A DNA stretch of 64,000 nt. Source: Nageia nagi (Eukaryota; Plantae; Pinophyta). Shown here one piece after another: positions 13,028 through 25,565 of this stretch (position 1 is its first letter; each line of letters starts with the position of its first letter). The position numbers and the translations under genes were made by a program. The notes under the pieces were generated by a model, which worked only from the letters and a program-made list of their open reading frames with translations, made no database searches and was not told the origin of the DNA. The DNA lies in the NCBI GenBank assembly GCA_050084985.1, contig JBITNC010000001.1, forward strand, positions 201,810,001 to 201,874,000, in the 5' to 3' direction.

Positions 13028-14230
13028 TGTGATGGTCCAAAATGAACCTCAAACCAAATATCAGTAAACAATAATCAAATACACCAACTAGGGTTTCCAA
13101 CACCCTCAGAAATGCAAACCCTACACCAACGTTAGCCCTCTATGGCACACAACAACACTACAAGCTTGACGTCAACCTCCTAGGGCTTTCAATCACACTA
13201 AACACCCAATGATTGCTCACAATGATGAATTAATGAATTACATACATCCACAATGTCTATACTGGAAAACCAACAAACACCACAACAAGGCCACATGTAC
13301 AAATAAGGAACCAAGATGCTCAACGATGCCACAAGGATAGAATTGATAACACAAAGCTGAGATCCAATGCCCAACGGCTTGTATTATGATAGGAAATGAG
13401 TTGCAATACAAAACCTTGCTCCAAGAGCTAGACGTTGGCCTCACAAGAGCCAACAAGGGCAAAACCACTAACAAATCCTCACTTCAATCTGCCGAACCAT
13501 AGGATTAGATCCACCCCCTCAGACCTCCATTGCTCTCCACTGAAGGAGCCCTCCTCAAACCCTCGAGACCAACTGAATGGTAGAGATGTATCCTTGGAAT
13601 GCCATCGGAATGGGCTTGGTGACCCACCAAAGCCGTAGATAGTCAGGGATCCCAACGCCTGCCTACCCTCTAGACAACCCGACTAGGATGTGTTGCTTAG
13701 CACCGCTAAGTCTTCTGCTCGAAGGTTTGGTATCAAGAAATATAATCAACAATCTCTCTAGCAATGAGGCCCTAAAGTCTATTTATAATTTTCCTTATGT
13801 CAAGATGGTCAAACCAGCCAATGTGGGGGTAATAATGGTCCATTGTGCCAACGTGGGGGTCATAAAGGCCCTTTATACTGAAGTGGGGATCATAATGGCC
13901 CAAATAGCTGATGTGGAGGTCTTGCGGTGCTCAAGTTCCAGCGTGGGGGTGTGGGACCCTCCCCAACGCAGTGCAATCATGTTGAAGTCTGTCCAACCCA
14001 TAAACACATACATAGACATCAAGATTCCCACAATATGGGATCTTCGTACAACCCACAAGTCAAAACTACTACTCAGAAGGGAGACGTCCCACTTGGGGCT
14101 TACAGTGGGGTCCATAGGACCCATTATTATTCCTGTCCTAAGTTACAATGAAGTATATGAAAGCAAACTATATTAATATATTACAAGATGACCCAATGGG
14201 TCCCATTACATATTCAAGAGGGACGTCACA
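13028..14230 (-). mobile_element. Solo LTR (1,203 bp)
   Basis: TGTGATG...GTCACA with GAATT TSD on both sides. Confidence 0.92.
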
Positions 14231-14915
14231 GAATTTAAAAAAATAAAAAAACGACTTAAAAAATAAAGTTAATAAAATAAAACATATTAAATTTAAAAAC
14301 TAGAAAACATAATTATTTATGAAACTATTATGATGGCAACAGAAAATAGCATGAACAAATCCAATCATGTTAGGGGAGTTGGAGAGAAGGGGAATTTGAA
14401 AACTCTCAAGTGGAAAAAGAGAAGCCCCAAGTTCAAACTCTCCCACTTCACATAGTCGATGGTAGTTAGACCAAGCCAGCGCGAATGAGGTCGAGTGTGG
14501 CTCTTGGGTGATTTTGGCAAAAGAGAACCCCTCAAACACAAAATCTAATTCCATGGTTATTTCCCCACAAGGGATGGTTTCCAACATTAAAAAAAAAATC
14601 AAAAATTAAAAAAAAAACAATAAAATACATTTGTAAAATAAAATAATGAAAATAGTTCCTCCCAATGAACTACATATTACTAATACAATTAAACTCAAAA
14701 GATAAATACACAAATGCAAGACATTAATGAGTATAAATTAAATCACCTATTATCTTTTGCAAAGATGCCAATTTTAGAAATTTAACCACATCGTAAAAGG
14801 ATTACCCTAGTATAGTATTATATATTCCGTATGCCTATGAAAGACTAAAATAAATATTTGGAAATTTGCATATTTAAATGAAAAATTTTGTAGGCAACTC
14901 AATGTAGCAACACAA

Positions 14916-17807
14916 TGTAATATCCCCAAAATATTCCCACGTAGATATTAGCCAAATAAATACTTCAAAATGTCAAAATTAGCCCTCAAGCATGCCATGT
15001 TTGATCTAGTGCATCAATTAAGACAAATAGTGAGCCAGAAATACCAACAATGTGCCCTACAAGCAAGATATTACTTCTATAAGTCATCACAACCAGGAAT
15101 GCTCTAATTAAGCACAACGCATCAATAATAGTCCAGGAATGCCAACGATTGAATATACAAGCATGAATACATCCAAATTGCCCAACGTTGCATACAAGGA
15201 AGCATAAATATGTCAAATGCACAACAACATAAGACAATCAATGAGATCCAAAATGCCACAGTTGTATTATTGATAAATGCAGAGAATGATACAATACTAG
15301 GCCCAAAGGGCTCAACGTTGGCCCCCAAGGAGCCAAATACAGCACATGAAATGCTGAGATAGATCCTGCGACTGATGTCGAATGACCACCTTCTACCAGA
15401 TCTGTGGATGCCTCACTGAAGGGCTCCCTCATAGGCTAGCTCCCGGCAAAGAGAACAGATGTGATCCCAGAATGCCACCGGATGGATTCAAAGGTGTCGA
15501 CCACTTGTGGATGCCTCAGGGTAGGGTAGCCTCACTCATATGAACAACCACCTCAACCATAAGACAAAAGGTGTCCTATGCCTCCTGCACTCTCCTTATG
15601 CGCTGGGCTCAAGGGTGCTTGACACCGCCAAGTCTTTGAACTCCAAAGAGAAGGATTTATGTATCAAAATCAAGTCTATCTCTACAATGATGTGAATCTC
15701 CTTTATATAACATTCCCTGGATCTGGATCTCACCTAGAAGTCATCACTCCAACCTCCAAGTCCAACGTTGGCCTCTTAGAGGCCCTCAAATGCCTAAACG
15801 TGGGGTTAGATGTGTCCTAAGTATCATGCATATGCCAACGTTGCCTAGGGATGCCAATAATCATATTTAATTATCCACATTACAAGATCTAATAGCTAGA
15901 TATGCAACGTCTCATTATTGGAGACTAAGATTGCATTTACAATTATTAATTGCCTTGGAATCATGTATTACAACTCGTACAAGTGGCCCTCATAAAACAT
16001 ATTAAATCTACTCTTAATTACCAAGCTCACACCTAAATACAATCCATAACTAACTCATATCCCAAGGAGTGGGACGTCACATTTCAAGGGGTCAATATGG
16101 AGATGTTTCTGGATTCCTATGAGCGGTCGAGATATGGAAGACTGGTCTAACTAGCGAACTTCAAGAGGCCATAACTCTTTCGTTTCCTGATGAAACCATA
16201 TCGTGTAACTTGTCAAAACGTTTCCCATGAGATGCTTTATCCAATGTATAAGTCAAATCAACTCTCCAAGACCTGTGGCAAACTCTATCCCCAAGTACAT
16301 CAAATTAGAAGTAAATAAATCATCCTAAGCTTGGGAGGAAGATTGTGATGGTCCAAAATTAAAATTTCCCTTTTAACTAGGAATATAGGATCATCAAACC
16401 CCAACCTCAGGTCTAGGGCATCAACATACAACCATACAAACCCTCAAGTGCCAACATTAGTGTTAGATTATGCAATACACCTCACAAGAATGGAAATATG
16501 CCAATTCTAGCAATTACAAGTAAATAACAATGAACACAAGCTCACAATGCCAACGTCTGGCTCATACATGCATAATCTGATCAACAATACATCATAATGC
16601 CATCGCATGGTAAATATAAACATACACAACCATAAAGGACCAACGCATGCACAAGATGAAGCATTACAACATAAACATGAGATCCAAGTGCCCTTTGGCT
16701 ATACGAATGATATACAATGATAGCAAGTACAATACCAAGCCCAATGGGCAGTCGTTGGCCTCCAAGGAGCCAACTAGGGCACAACAATCGGATATCTCCA
16801 ATGTTGGACAACTATGGAACCACGGGATAGATTCACCCCCTCAGACCTCGAATTCTTTCCACCAAAAGAGCCCTCCTTGAACTCTGGTTGGCCGACTAAA
16901 CAATAGAAGTAAACCCTCGAAATGCCTTCTAATGCGCAAAGGTGCTCCACCAATGTCGTAGATAATCAAGATCCCAACAATTGACTACCCTTTAGATGCT
17001 CTGCCTAGGAATGGAATGCTTAGCACAGCTAAGACTTTATGTCCGAAGGACTGTAGTAGAAGTAATGATCAATAATGGTTGTCCAGTAATGAAGCTCTAA
17101 TGTCTATTTATACATTTCTTATATCCGGATCTCACCTAAGAGTCATCTCAGGCCCATCTAATCAAACGTTGGGTATTTGGGGGGGCCCAATCACTGAAAG
17201 TGCCAACATGGGGGTCATGATCACTCATAATGCCAATGTGGGGGTCATGATCACTCATAATGCCAACGTGGGTGTCATGAACACTTAATAAGCCAACATA
17301 GGGTCCCTAGCACTTAAAGTGCCAACGTGGGGGTCCTAGAGTCCTCATGAGCCAATGCAGGGGTATGGAGCCCTACCCAATGTGGCACTAGCATATTGAT
17401 GGCCGTCCATCACTCTAATGTATAAATGTACCTTGGGATTCCCACAATCCAAGATCTCCAATACAATACATACCTAATCTACTACTTAGGAGGAAGACGT
17501 CCCACTTGGGGCTCACAGTAGGGTCCACTTGACCCATTAAGTCTCCTATCCTAAGTCACAACAATGCACATGCAAATACATCAAATAAGTATAGTACAAC
17601 GTACAACGTGATCAAACCAGTCCCAATAAAAGTACAAGGGGGATGTCACAAAGATGTCCCTCTTTGGAGCTCACAATGTGGGTCCATAGAACCATTATAT
17701 TCCTATCCCAAGGAATTAACAACAAATACATGAGCAACTAAAACATTTACAAAAGGGAATCCCTAAGATTCCAAAATCATTTATTTTTTGAAAAAGGGGA
17801 TGTTACA
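14916..17807 (-). mobile_element. Composite/nested LTR block: LTR 14916-16081, a ~140-bp repeat, and an LTR end at 17807
   Basis: TGTAATATCCCC...GGGGATGTTACA with possible TSD cacaa/cgcaa (4/5). An internal LTR terminus GGGACGTCACA ends at 16081. Confidence 0.65.
16344..17650 (-). mobile_element. Solo LTR (1,307 bp) nested in a related LTR
   Basis: TG...CA with AAGAT TSD (16339-16343, 17651-17655). Confidence 0.92.
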
Positions 17808-18294
17808 CGCAAAGAATGAGCTAAGGCAACTCTAGTGCGATGGTTGTTATGCCCTACAAACCATACAAGCTCCAACACACGTTGCTAGGCCACTGTCACA
17901 CCATTTCCATCGTTGAGTTATCCAAAAAGGGCTTCTGGTAGAGAGTATCTCCACTGATAAAGACTAAAAAATTCTTTCAAACTTGAAGAAAACGAAGAAA
18001 ATTTGTGCTTTTTAGCTATAGAAAACCTTTTGTCCCCCTTGAAAACCTTCTTTCAACAACTATAATGTGAAAAAAGGTAAGAAAATGATTTTTTTAATGT
18101 TATATGTTTTTGTTGGGCCAACCAAGTCACGGCATCAGGGCTCACGTGTCTGACCTATACTCCGACTCAATCGAGTACCCGACAAGGCTCGCTCGAGTTT
18201 AAAAAAAATGTCTAAGCTGACTTGCCACAACAAACCTGATTCAAGACATAGACTCGCAAAGTACTCGGTACTTGGGGTGAGTTTTGCTACAAAG

Positions 18295-18890
18295 GTCTAA
18301 ACAAAGTGCTATCTTTTGGTTCTCCTTCCTCATCAGCAACCAATTTTGAAATAATTTCCATTGGAGTTGGAGCTGATTTGCAATCTTGCATTCTGAACTT
18401 TTCCAAGATTTCCTTGGCATATTTTGCTTGAGAAATGAAAATTTCTTCAAGAGTTTGCCAAACTTCTACTCCAAGACTATAATGGAGTAGGCATAAATCT
18501 ATCATCTCAAAGTTACTCTTCAAATCGTATGAGATTATCAATCACCTCTTCATAATCACCTATTATCAAATCATCCACGTAAACAATTACAAGAGAGGCG
18601 ATGATACCACTTCGAATCTTCAAGTAGACATTTGAGTTAGCAGAAGACTTGGTATCCAATTTAGAGTAGGTATTGCCAATCTTGGCACACCAAGCTCTAG
18701 GAACTTGTTTCAAACCATAAAATGCCTTCTTAAGGCGACATAAAACCTACTCTTTGTCTTCTTCTACATAACCAAGTGCTTGATCCATGTACACTTCTTC
18801 AATTAAATCTCCATTGAGGAAAGCATTATTTACATCAAATTGATATAGTTGCCACTTGTATTGAGTTGTTAAGGGAAGAGTTACTTGTTG
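18295..18890 (-). pseudogene. Ty1/copia reverse transcriptase remnant
   Basis: KQVPRAW, IVYVDDLII, FEMIDL..LHYSLGVEV, FISQAKYAKEILEKFRMQDCK motifs. Confidence 0.9.
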
Positions 18891-18939
18891 AAATTTGTAG
18901 GGTTACCTATTTGCAAAGCTGGTGAACAAGCAAGATTAG

Positions 18940-19212
18940 GCTTTGATACCAATTGAAGAATTTGAAGTCATCATACTCCAACGATAGCGAACAAAGGCAA
19001 ACGCTCTAATACCATGTTAGATTTTTAAGGGCAACTAGATTACAAAGTTGGCGAACTATAGGATCATGCTTTGATACCAATTGAAGAATTTGAAGGCAGA
19101 TTGAAACGATGGTAAACAAAAGCACAAGATCTTATACTATGTTAGAGTTTAAAGGTTTGCCAACCTTCAACTATTGACAAACAGCCTCAAAAGTTGTCAA
19201 ACTCTGATACAA
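18940..19212 (-). repeat. Array of five tRNA-iMet PBS-like motifs in a 128-bp dimeric repeat
   Basis: Variants of the reverse complement of TGGTATCAGAGC at 18940, 19003, 19068, 19128 and 19201. Confidence 0.75.
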
Positions 19213-19389
19213 ACCTTTGATTCTCTTCTTGAAGGATTTGAAGAGTTGAATGAGCTATGTTGATGTGAAGAATCTACACACTTAAGCTACGTTGAAGTCT
19301 AATAATGCTCCAATGCTTGACGAACTCCTTTGTCGATTAATGGTGTGAGAACATAATGTTGTGAGGATTGGCCTGGTTGCCAAAATTAA

Positions 19390-20603
19390 TGTGATGACCT
19401 AAAATCACCCTCAGCAAAAACAACTTCAACTATGATACTCAAACCCTCAATGAATGATGCAAACACACCCATGTTAGGCCCCTAGGGCACCCCCCCCTAC
19501 AATGCAGACGTGAGCCTCCTAAGGCTTCCATGCAACCCCTATACCCTGACGTCAACCCTCTAAGGCACACACCAACACTTGGCACCTCAACAAATGCCTC
19601 ACAAGTGAATATGCAATGCTTGAACACCCAAGAATGCAATGAAGCTTCCAACACTAGTATACAAGAGACACAACACAATGGAGAGAGACACAAGATGTAT
19701 TTTATTATGATATGGAATGGAATACAATGAGGATCTCAACAAATCAGATCTAGGGTTCCAAACTGCAAGTCGAACACCATAGGAAAGACTCACTCCCTCA
19801 GACTTTGAATCTTCTCCTACAAAGGAGCCTCTTCGAACCCTGGTGACCATTGAAGGTAGAAGCTTGCCCTCGAAATACCACCGGATGGACTAGGTGACCC
19901 ACCTAAGTCATAGAATGCTAGGCTCCCAACCTTGTCACCCCTTTAGATGTCTAGGAATAATGCTTAGCGCCGCCAAGACTTGAATGCCCAATCGAGTTCA
20001 ATATAGAAGTATAATCAATAGCTAACCTCATCATGGAGCTCCATCCTCAATATATAGCCTCACGTGTCTATCCATCATGCCTCGTTATCATCCCAAGCCA
20101 AGTTTATTCCAACGTTGGGGTCAACAGGTCAACCATGCCAATGTGGGGGTCATATTGGCCCAGTATGCTAACGTGGGGGTCCCATGGACCCAATGTGCCA
20201 ATGTGGAGGCCATAAAGGCCTTCAAGGCTGACATGGGGACCATAAAGGCCCTCAAGGCTAACGTGGGGTCTAATGAGCCTCCTTGAGCTAACGTGGGGGT
20301 GTAAGTGGCCTCATAAGCCAATGTAGGGTATGTGGGTCCCTCCCAACGCTAGTATGCTCATCTATGCATCTCTGGACTATACAAGACTCATGCCTATCTA
20401 GGGATTCCCAAAATTCGGGATAACCCCATTATATGTTAACAAAACACTACTCAAGGGGAGACGTCCCATTGCTGGGCTCACAGTGGGGTCCGTAGACCAT
20501 AAGCTCCTACTTGAGTTACACATGTAAAACATGACCATAAACACACACTAGACTACAAAGCTACCATGAAACATTTTCTCAATGGTCAAAATAGGACATC
20601 ACA
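19390..20603 (-). mobile_element. Solo LTR (1,214 bp), same subfamily as 7900-9115, inverted
   Basis: TG...CA with ATTAA TSD (19385-19389, 20604-20608). The reverse complement is colinear with 7900-9115. Confidence 0.93.
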
Positions 20604-20608
20604 ATTAA

Positions 20609-23600
20609 CTAGAAGAGAGTTGAACCAGTAGATCGAGAGTTCCTGCATTTACAAGGGCAGCCTATGAGGTTAAGATCCAGCTAGAAGAGAGTTGAACCAG
20701 TAGATTGGGAGGTCCTGCATTTAAAAGGCCGATTTCAGGGTCAAAATGGTAGTTTTTTGGGAAAATTTGAGTTCCTAGACTAGGTCGTCTAGGGTTTGGA
20801 AGCATATCTATAGATCTAGGTTGTTTCTAGCGATAGAAGGACCCGATCTATCATACTAGCTAATCCAAAAAATTTAATATGAGGGTTTTGGATTTTTGAG
20901 CTAGGGTTTGAAGATTATGGCATCCGCTTGGAGGAGCGGCAGGTTTGAGGAAAGGCTGAGATCCAAAGAGAGATGGAATGCCATGCCAGTTTGGGGCTCC
21001 ATCCCGGAACAAAGGTTCAAGGAAATGATCTCCACCAGCAATAATATGACCGGAGCCGTATTTGCTATGCAGAGGCAGATGGAGCAGCATTGGAGTGGCT
21101 CTGAGGTGGAAAGAGAGACACAATGCCATATTAGGCAAGATCCAGGAGGTGCATGGTGGGATCGATGTGAAAGGGAAAATCCACAGTAGGCCAGGAGGGA
21201 TGAGGAGCATCCATGCTGGGGCCAAGATGAGGACAGCTTTTGGCAGGCCAGGATTGGCCAACATCCACCACGTCTGGCTAGATGAGGTAGGGAGATCCCA
21301 CGTCAGGATCAGGAGGGCCGTGAGGACGCATGTGATGAAGATTGGGCAGATCTGGATGAGAGGGAGTACTCACATCCGGCTAGGGGAAGCCAAGAGCAGC
21401 CATGTTGGGCTAGAGGAGAGGAGGAATCACCATGTCCAGCTCATGAGGGAAGGAGAGGCCCACATGTGACCAGAGAAGATGCTGATTGCTGGAGTGCAGA
21501 GGATTGGTCTGATCAGGAGCATAGTCTGAGGAGATCCAGGAGTTTGAGAGATAGAGAATTCACTCACCATGGATCATTTGGGCAGGAAAAAGTGGCAAGA
21601 GAAGAACCTCGGATCAGCCATATTGACACTCCAAAAAGGTATGATAGCAATTCAGATTTTCATAGCAGTAATCCAAAGATTTTGCATGATGCTTTTGAAA
21701 GTGACAATATTGGGAAAAAAGGGGAAAGATCTACTCTTGTTTCAGATTTAATTTTGGGAGATAATGACGAGAAAGGAGAGGATCATGAGCCTAGCGTGAA
21801 AGAAGATGAGGATTGCAAAGAAGGGAATTTGATTTCAGATATTGAAAAATCAGATCCCCACATGAGGTTTGTCAAGTAGAGCTACAAGATGTTTCCTTAC
21901 AAATGCAACCACCTCTATTTGTTGATAATGTAGTAAAACACAAGAAGTTTGATGTAAATGTTGAAACTTCTCAATCAGCCGGTGAGCATGCATATACTAG
22001 TCTCATACCTTTGGTTTCAAGGTGTATTGTGAGGGAGGAATCAATTCTTCATGTGAAGGGCAATAGACTTCTAGTTCCATGCGATCCGGGTGTGCTAGCA
22101 CACAATGGGAGATTTAGAAGGTTGGTGGAATTCATGGGGAGTGAAGAAGATAACATGAAGCTCTGGAAACCAGCCTTAGAGAGGAGAGGGATAACAGTCC
22201 CAGCTTATGATGGAGGAGTTGATAATCCTTGGAACCACTTGGATCCTTGGAGCCAATACATCAAGAAGAGGGGAGATACATTAGCTGATTTCTGTATACA
22301 TTGTGTTCCTGAATATTCATTGGGGTAAGGAACCATGTCTTTTCAGAGGTTACTTTGCTGATCCAAAAGGGTACAATATGTGAAGATGACTCATGCATTA
22401 ATAGGAGGTTCCACTCTTCAACTTTGTGCTTAGTGTGGGCTGATTTAGAAGGAAGATATTCAGATCTGATTTCAGCTATCTTTGAGCTGAGTTGGTACCG
22501 TACCCTTGAAGGGCAGCATTTGATAGAGGAAGATGGAAGACAGTAAGGACTAAAAAATTGCCATTGTTGTCAACATCTTGGGCTATATCCTTCATGACTA
22601 ATAGGCTGCATTCTTGGCTGTTTGGACAACACCTTTGAAGACAGTTGGGACTGAAGTGCTGCCAGTTGTTAACATCTTGGGTTGCATCCTTTGTGACGAA
22701 CAGGGTTGCATACGTGGTTGTTGAGACAGCACTTTTGAGGACAGCAGGGACTGAAATTTATGACGCATGGGTTACTGTTAATGGATGTATTGTTGCATGC
22801 CTTGATGATGGGTTAAGGATTGATAATTCTGATTTAATAGCTGCATTCAATAATGAATGGACTGCTGAGCATTGCATGGGATTATGGGACTGTACTTGGT
22901 TTGTTGTTGGCATTTCAGGAATTGTTGTGTTACCTGTTGTTTGTACACAGTTGAAGAGTCCATGGATGGCTTTCCTTGCACCATTCGGAGGTATTTTGGA
23001 AGTCCCCAAGTTGACAACTCCCTTGTCCATGGTAGAGGTAGTTGTCATGCGCTTGTATGATGCATGGGGAACATTGAGGACTGATTTGGAAACACTGTAT
23101 ACTGATTTTCATTCCAGATTTGAGCATCACATGCTTGCTGGTTTTCCAGATCTGTTTGATGACTTTGACCACATGGGGAAGATTGCATACTCTTGCAGAT
23201 TGATAGTAGTTTGCATTTCAGATGATAACATGCATGTTGGGATGTTGGTTTCATCTCACTTTAAATATAATAGTCCATTTTTGAGGATTGCTGTGTACAC
23301 TCTTAAGGAGGTTGGATTTGCTGCATTGAGGTGCCATGAAGATAACTGCCTAACGTTGAGCATAAGGAAGGCTGCTTTCAAGAGTTGGACGATGCCATGT
23401 TGGACCTGGGAAGGACTAATTCCACCATGAGGTTTCAGCTGAGATGTGGATACCCCACGTTAAATGATGGGGAAGTTTTTGGCTTCACAGTGCTTATTGG
23501 AGGAGTCTTGGACTCCACGTTAGGATTGGAAGTAGCTTGGCCACAGATTAGGAGCTAAGGCTCCACTTGTTTAGGTACATCCTCTCGGAGATTTCCATAT

Positions 23601-24879
23601 GCATGTATCTCTGTGTTTCTTCATAATTGAGCCATTGCATGTTGATTATCATTTTAGACCTGAGTATCACATACTTGCTGATTTGTGGAAGATCATTGAG
23701 CACAATCTTGAGGTTGAGTTCGTTGGATGCATAATTGATATGGTTCCTTCACTTGAGCAGGATGGACTCTATCCCGTGAGATGGGTTTGGGACCCTGGAT
23801 CATATTGTGGTTGCTTGAGGGCAAGCAATCTCGGGAGGGGAGGCTTTGTGATATCCCTTTTGTACTATAGTGCCAATTTGTAGTCATCAAGTAGATATCT
23901 TAGAGATATCCCTTGTATTTGATCATATTCATGTTTGTAGCTTAAGACAAGAGACATACTGGATCATGTGGACCCCATTGTGAGCCCCTAGCAGGATTTC
24001 TCTCTTAAGTAGTCACGGTGGCTTACTAGGATTCCAAGAACCCCACGTTGGACTTCAAGGTTGACTGGGACCCCATGTTGGCACTTCTAGCTTATATTAC
24101 TACGTTGGCACTTCAAAACGGTGCTTAAGTTACCAGGCCCCTCTAGATGCCTGACATTGGAATAGAAGGACATATGGTGATTTTGAGGTGGACTATTTGA
24201 CTAAAGCTTATAAATACTCGATGGGAGCTCATTTGCAGGTAGCCGAATTATTGATATTGCATATTGCTACTTTTGGTCCGTGTGACTACCCGAGCTTGGA
24301 GTTGCTGAGTGAATCTTCCTAGACTAAGCGTCTAAAGGGTGTTAGGGTTGAGGGATCTCGAAAATCTACGGTTAGGTGGAGCATCTCACCCATCCGATGG
24401 CATCCAAGGGCCAATCCCTAGCTTCAGTGGTTTACCAAGATTTGAGGAGACTCCTTTGCAGGAGTGGATTTGAGTTCTGAGGGGATTAGTCTGTCCCATG
24501 GTTCCAATTGTGTGACATTATATTCAGCTATCATTGTATTGGCCTTAGGGCACATTTGGGTGATGATCAATAAAGTCTATTGTCTCATTGTGTTGTGCGA
24601 TTGGTGTACTTGTGCATGTGATTGGGGTTAGCCCCTGTTTATGTTGGGTTTCCAGTGTATATGGTCCATTGATGTTGTAGGGTTGCATATGTGTCATTGT
24701 GAGCATTCGTTGGATCTTGGGTGTCATTGAAACCCTAGGAGGGTTGATGTCAGCCTTGGATGTGTGATTGTGCTCATGAGGGCCAACGTTGTGTTATGGG
24801 TCTGGAGTTGAGGGTTTGAGAAACCCTAGCTGAGTCTTATTAACTGCATTTGGCACAAATGTTCATTTGGAACATCACA
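20609..24879 (+). mobile_element. 5'-truncated non-autonomous gypsy element: gag-like N-terminus, unknown decayed ORF, PPT, 3' LTR 23847-24879
   Basis: EHSLRRSRSLRD motif shared with the gags at ~9830 and ~38790. No RT/IN motifs seen. Pol-end string CTTGAGGGCAAGCAATC plus PPT, then TGTGATATCCC...CATCACA. Confidence 0.78.
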
Positions 24880-25565
24880 TGGGCATCTCACTATGGGGTC
24901 TCCAACCCACATATTTGAATGTAAAAATGTTGTGAAGCTCAAATGTGAACCCTGGATGGATCCACAGATGGGGGACTCGGGTTTTTGTCCTTAAGCCCTT
25001 AGATTTAAGAGGGTTTTCATCCTCTAAATCTTACTCCTACAAGTTTTCGTCCGCAAAAGGATGGGAAACTGACTTATCCAACCACTCTCTCCAAACGATG
25101 ACAAATAATGATATCTAAGAATACCTTCAAATAAGATGCACCTCTCCTATATAGCTAGGTGTCCCCCCTTGGGTGTCATAATTCATCCTTGGGATTACAA
25201 AATTCATGCCTAGGAATCTCAAATTACTTTTTTACAACCAAGTTCATTTAATGATGCCTCATTATTATTTTAAAACACACCTAAATACATCAAAACACTC
25301 CTATCTACTCCTGGAAGGGGGGCGTCCCACTCCATGTTGACCATTTCAAACATTAGAGAGCATTGCATGAAAGGAAAACCAAAATAAATGGGGACTTTAC
25401 AAGTTCGCCTCTCTCAAATTGCTTGCCCTCAAGCAATTAAAGGTTGGATGTGCAAGGATTCCATATCCTTCCCAAGTGGCATCTTCTAATGGCAAACCCT
25501 TCAACCTCACTAAGTATTTAGTGATGACTCTGATTCTCAAACTTTTTTGCTCAGCATAAGATTCA
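24880..25565 (-). mobile_element. Chromovirus 3' end: integrase chromodomain, PPT and start of 3' LTR (TG at 25401)
   Basis: Minus strand reads KYLVRLKGLPLEDATWEG (chromodomain), then GAGAGAGGCGAACT and TGTAAAGTCCCC. Confidence 0.82.

Larger units (their letters stand above)
12498..18294. mobile_element. Non-autonomous hAT element with nested LTRs, inserted in a Copia RT
   Basis: Degenerate 16-bp TIRs (AAATGTTGAGAAACTC / GAGTTTTGCTACAAAG), ACTCG subterminal repeats, 8-bp TSD gcctgaac/gtctaaac (6/8). The Copia frame rejoins across it. Confidence 0.75.

Noticed and set aside
18940-19212. CRISPR-like or tRNA-gene interpretation of the regularly spaced repeats
   Set aside because: Eukaryotic TE context, the spacers are themselves duplicated, only 12 nt match the tRNA 3' end, and no cas genes are present.
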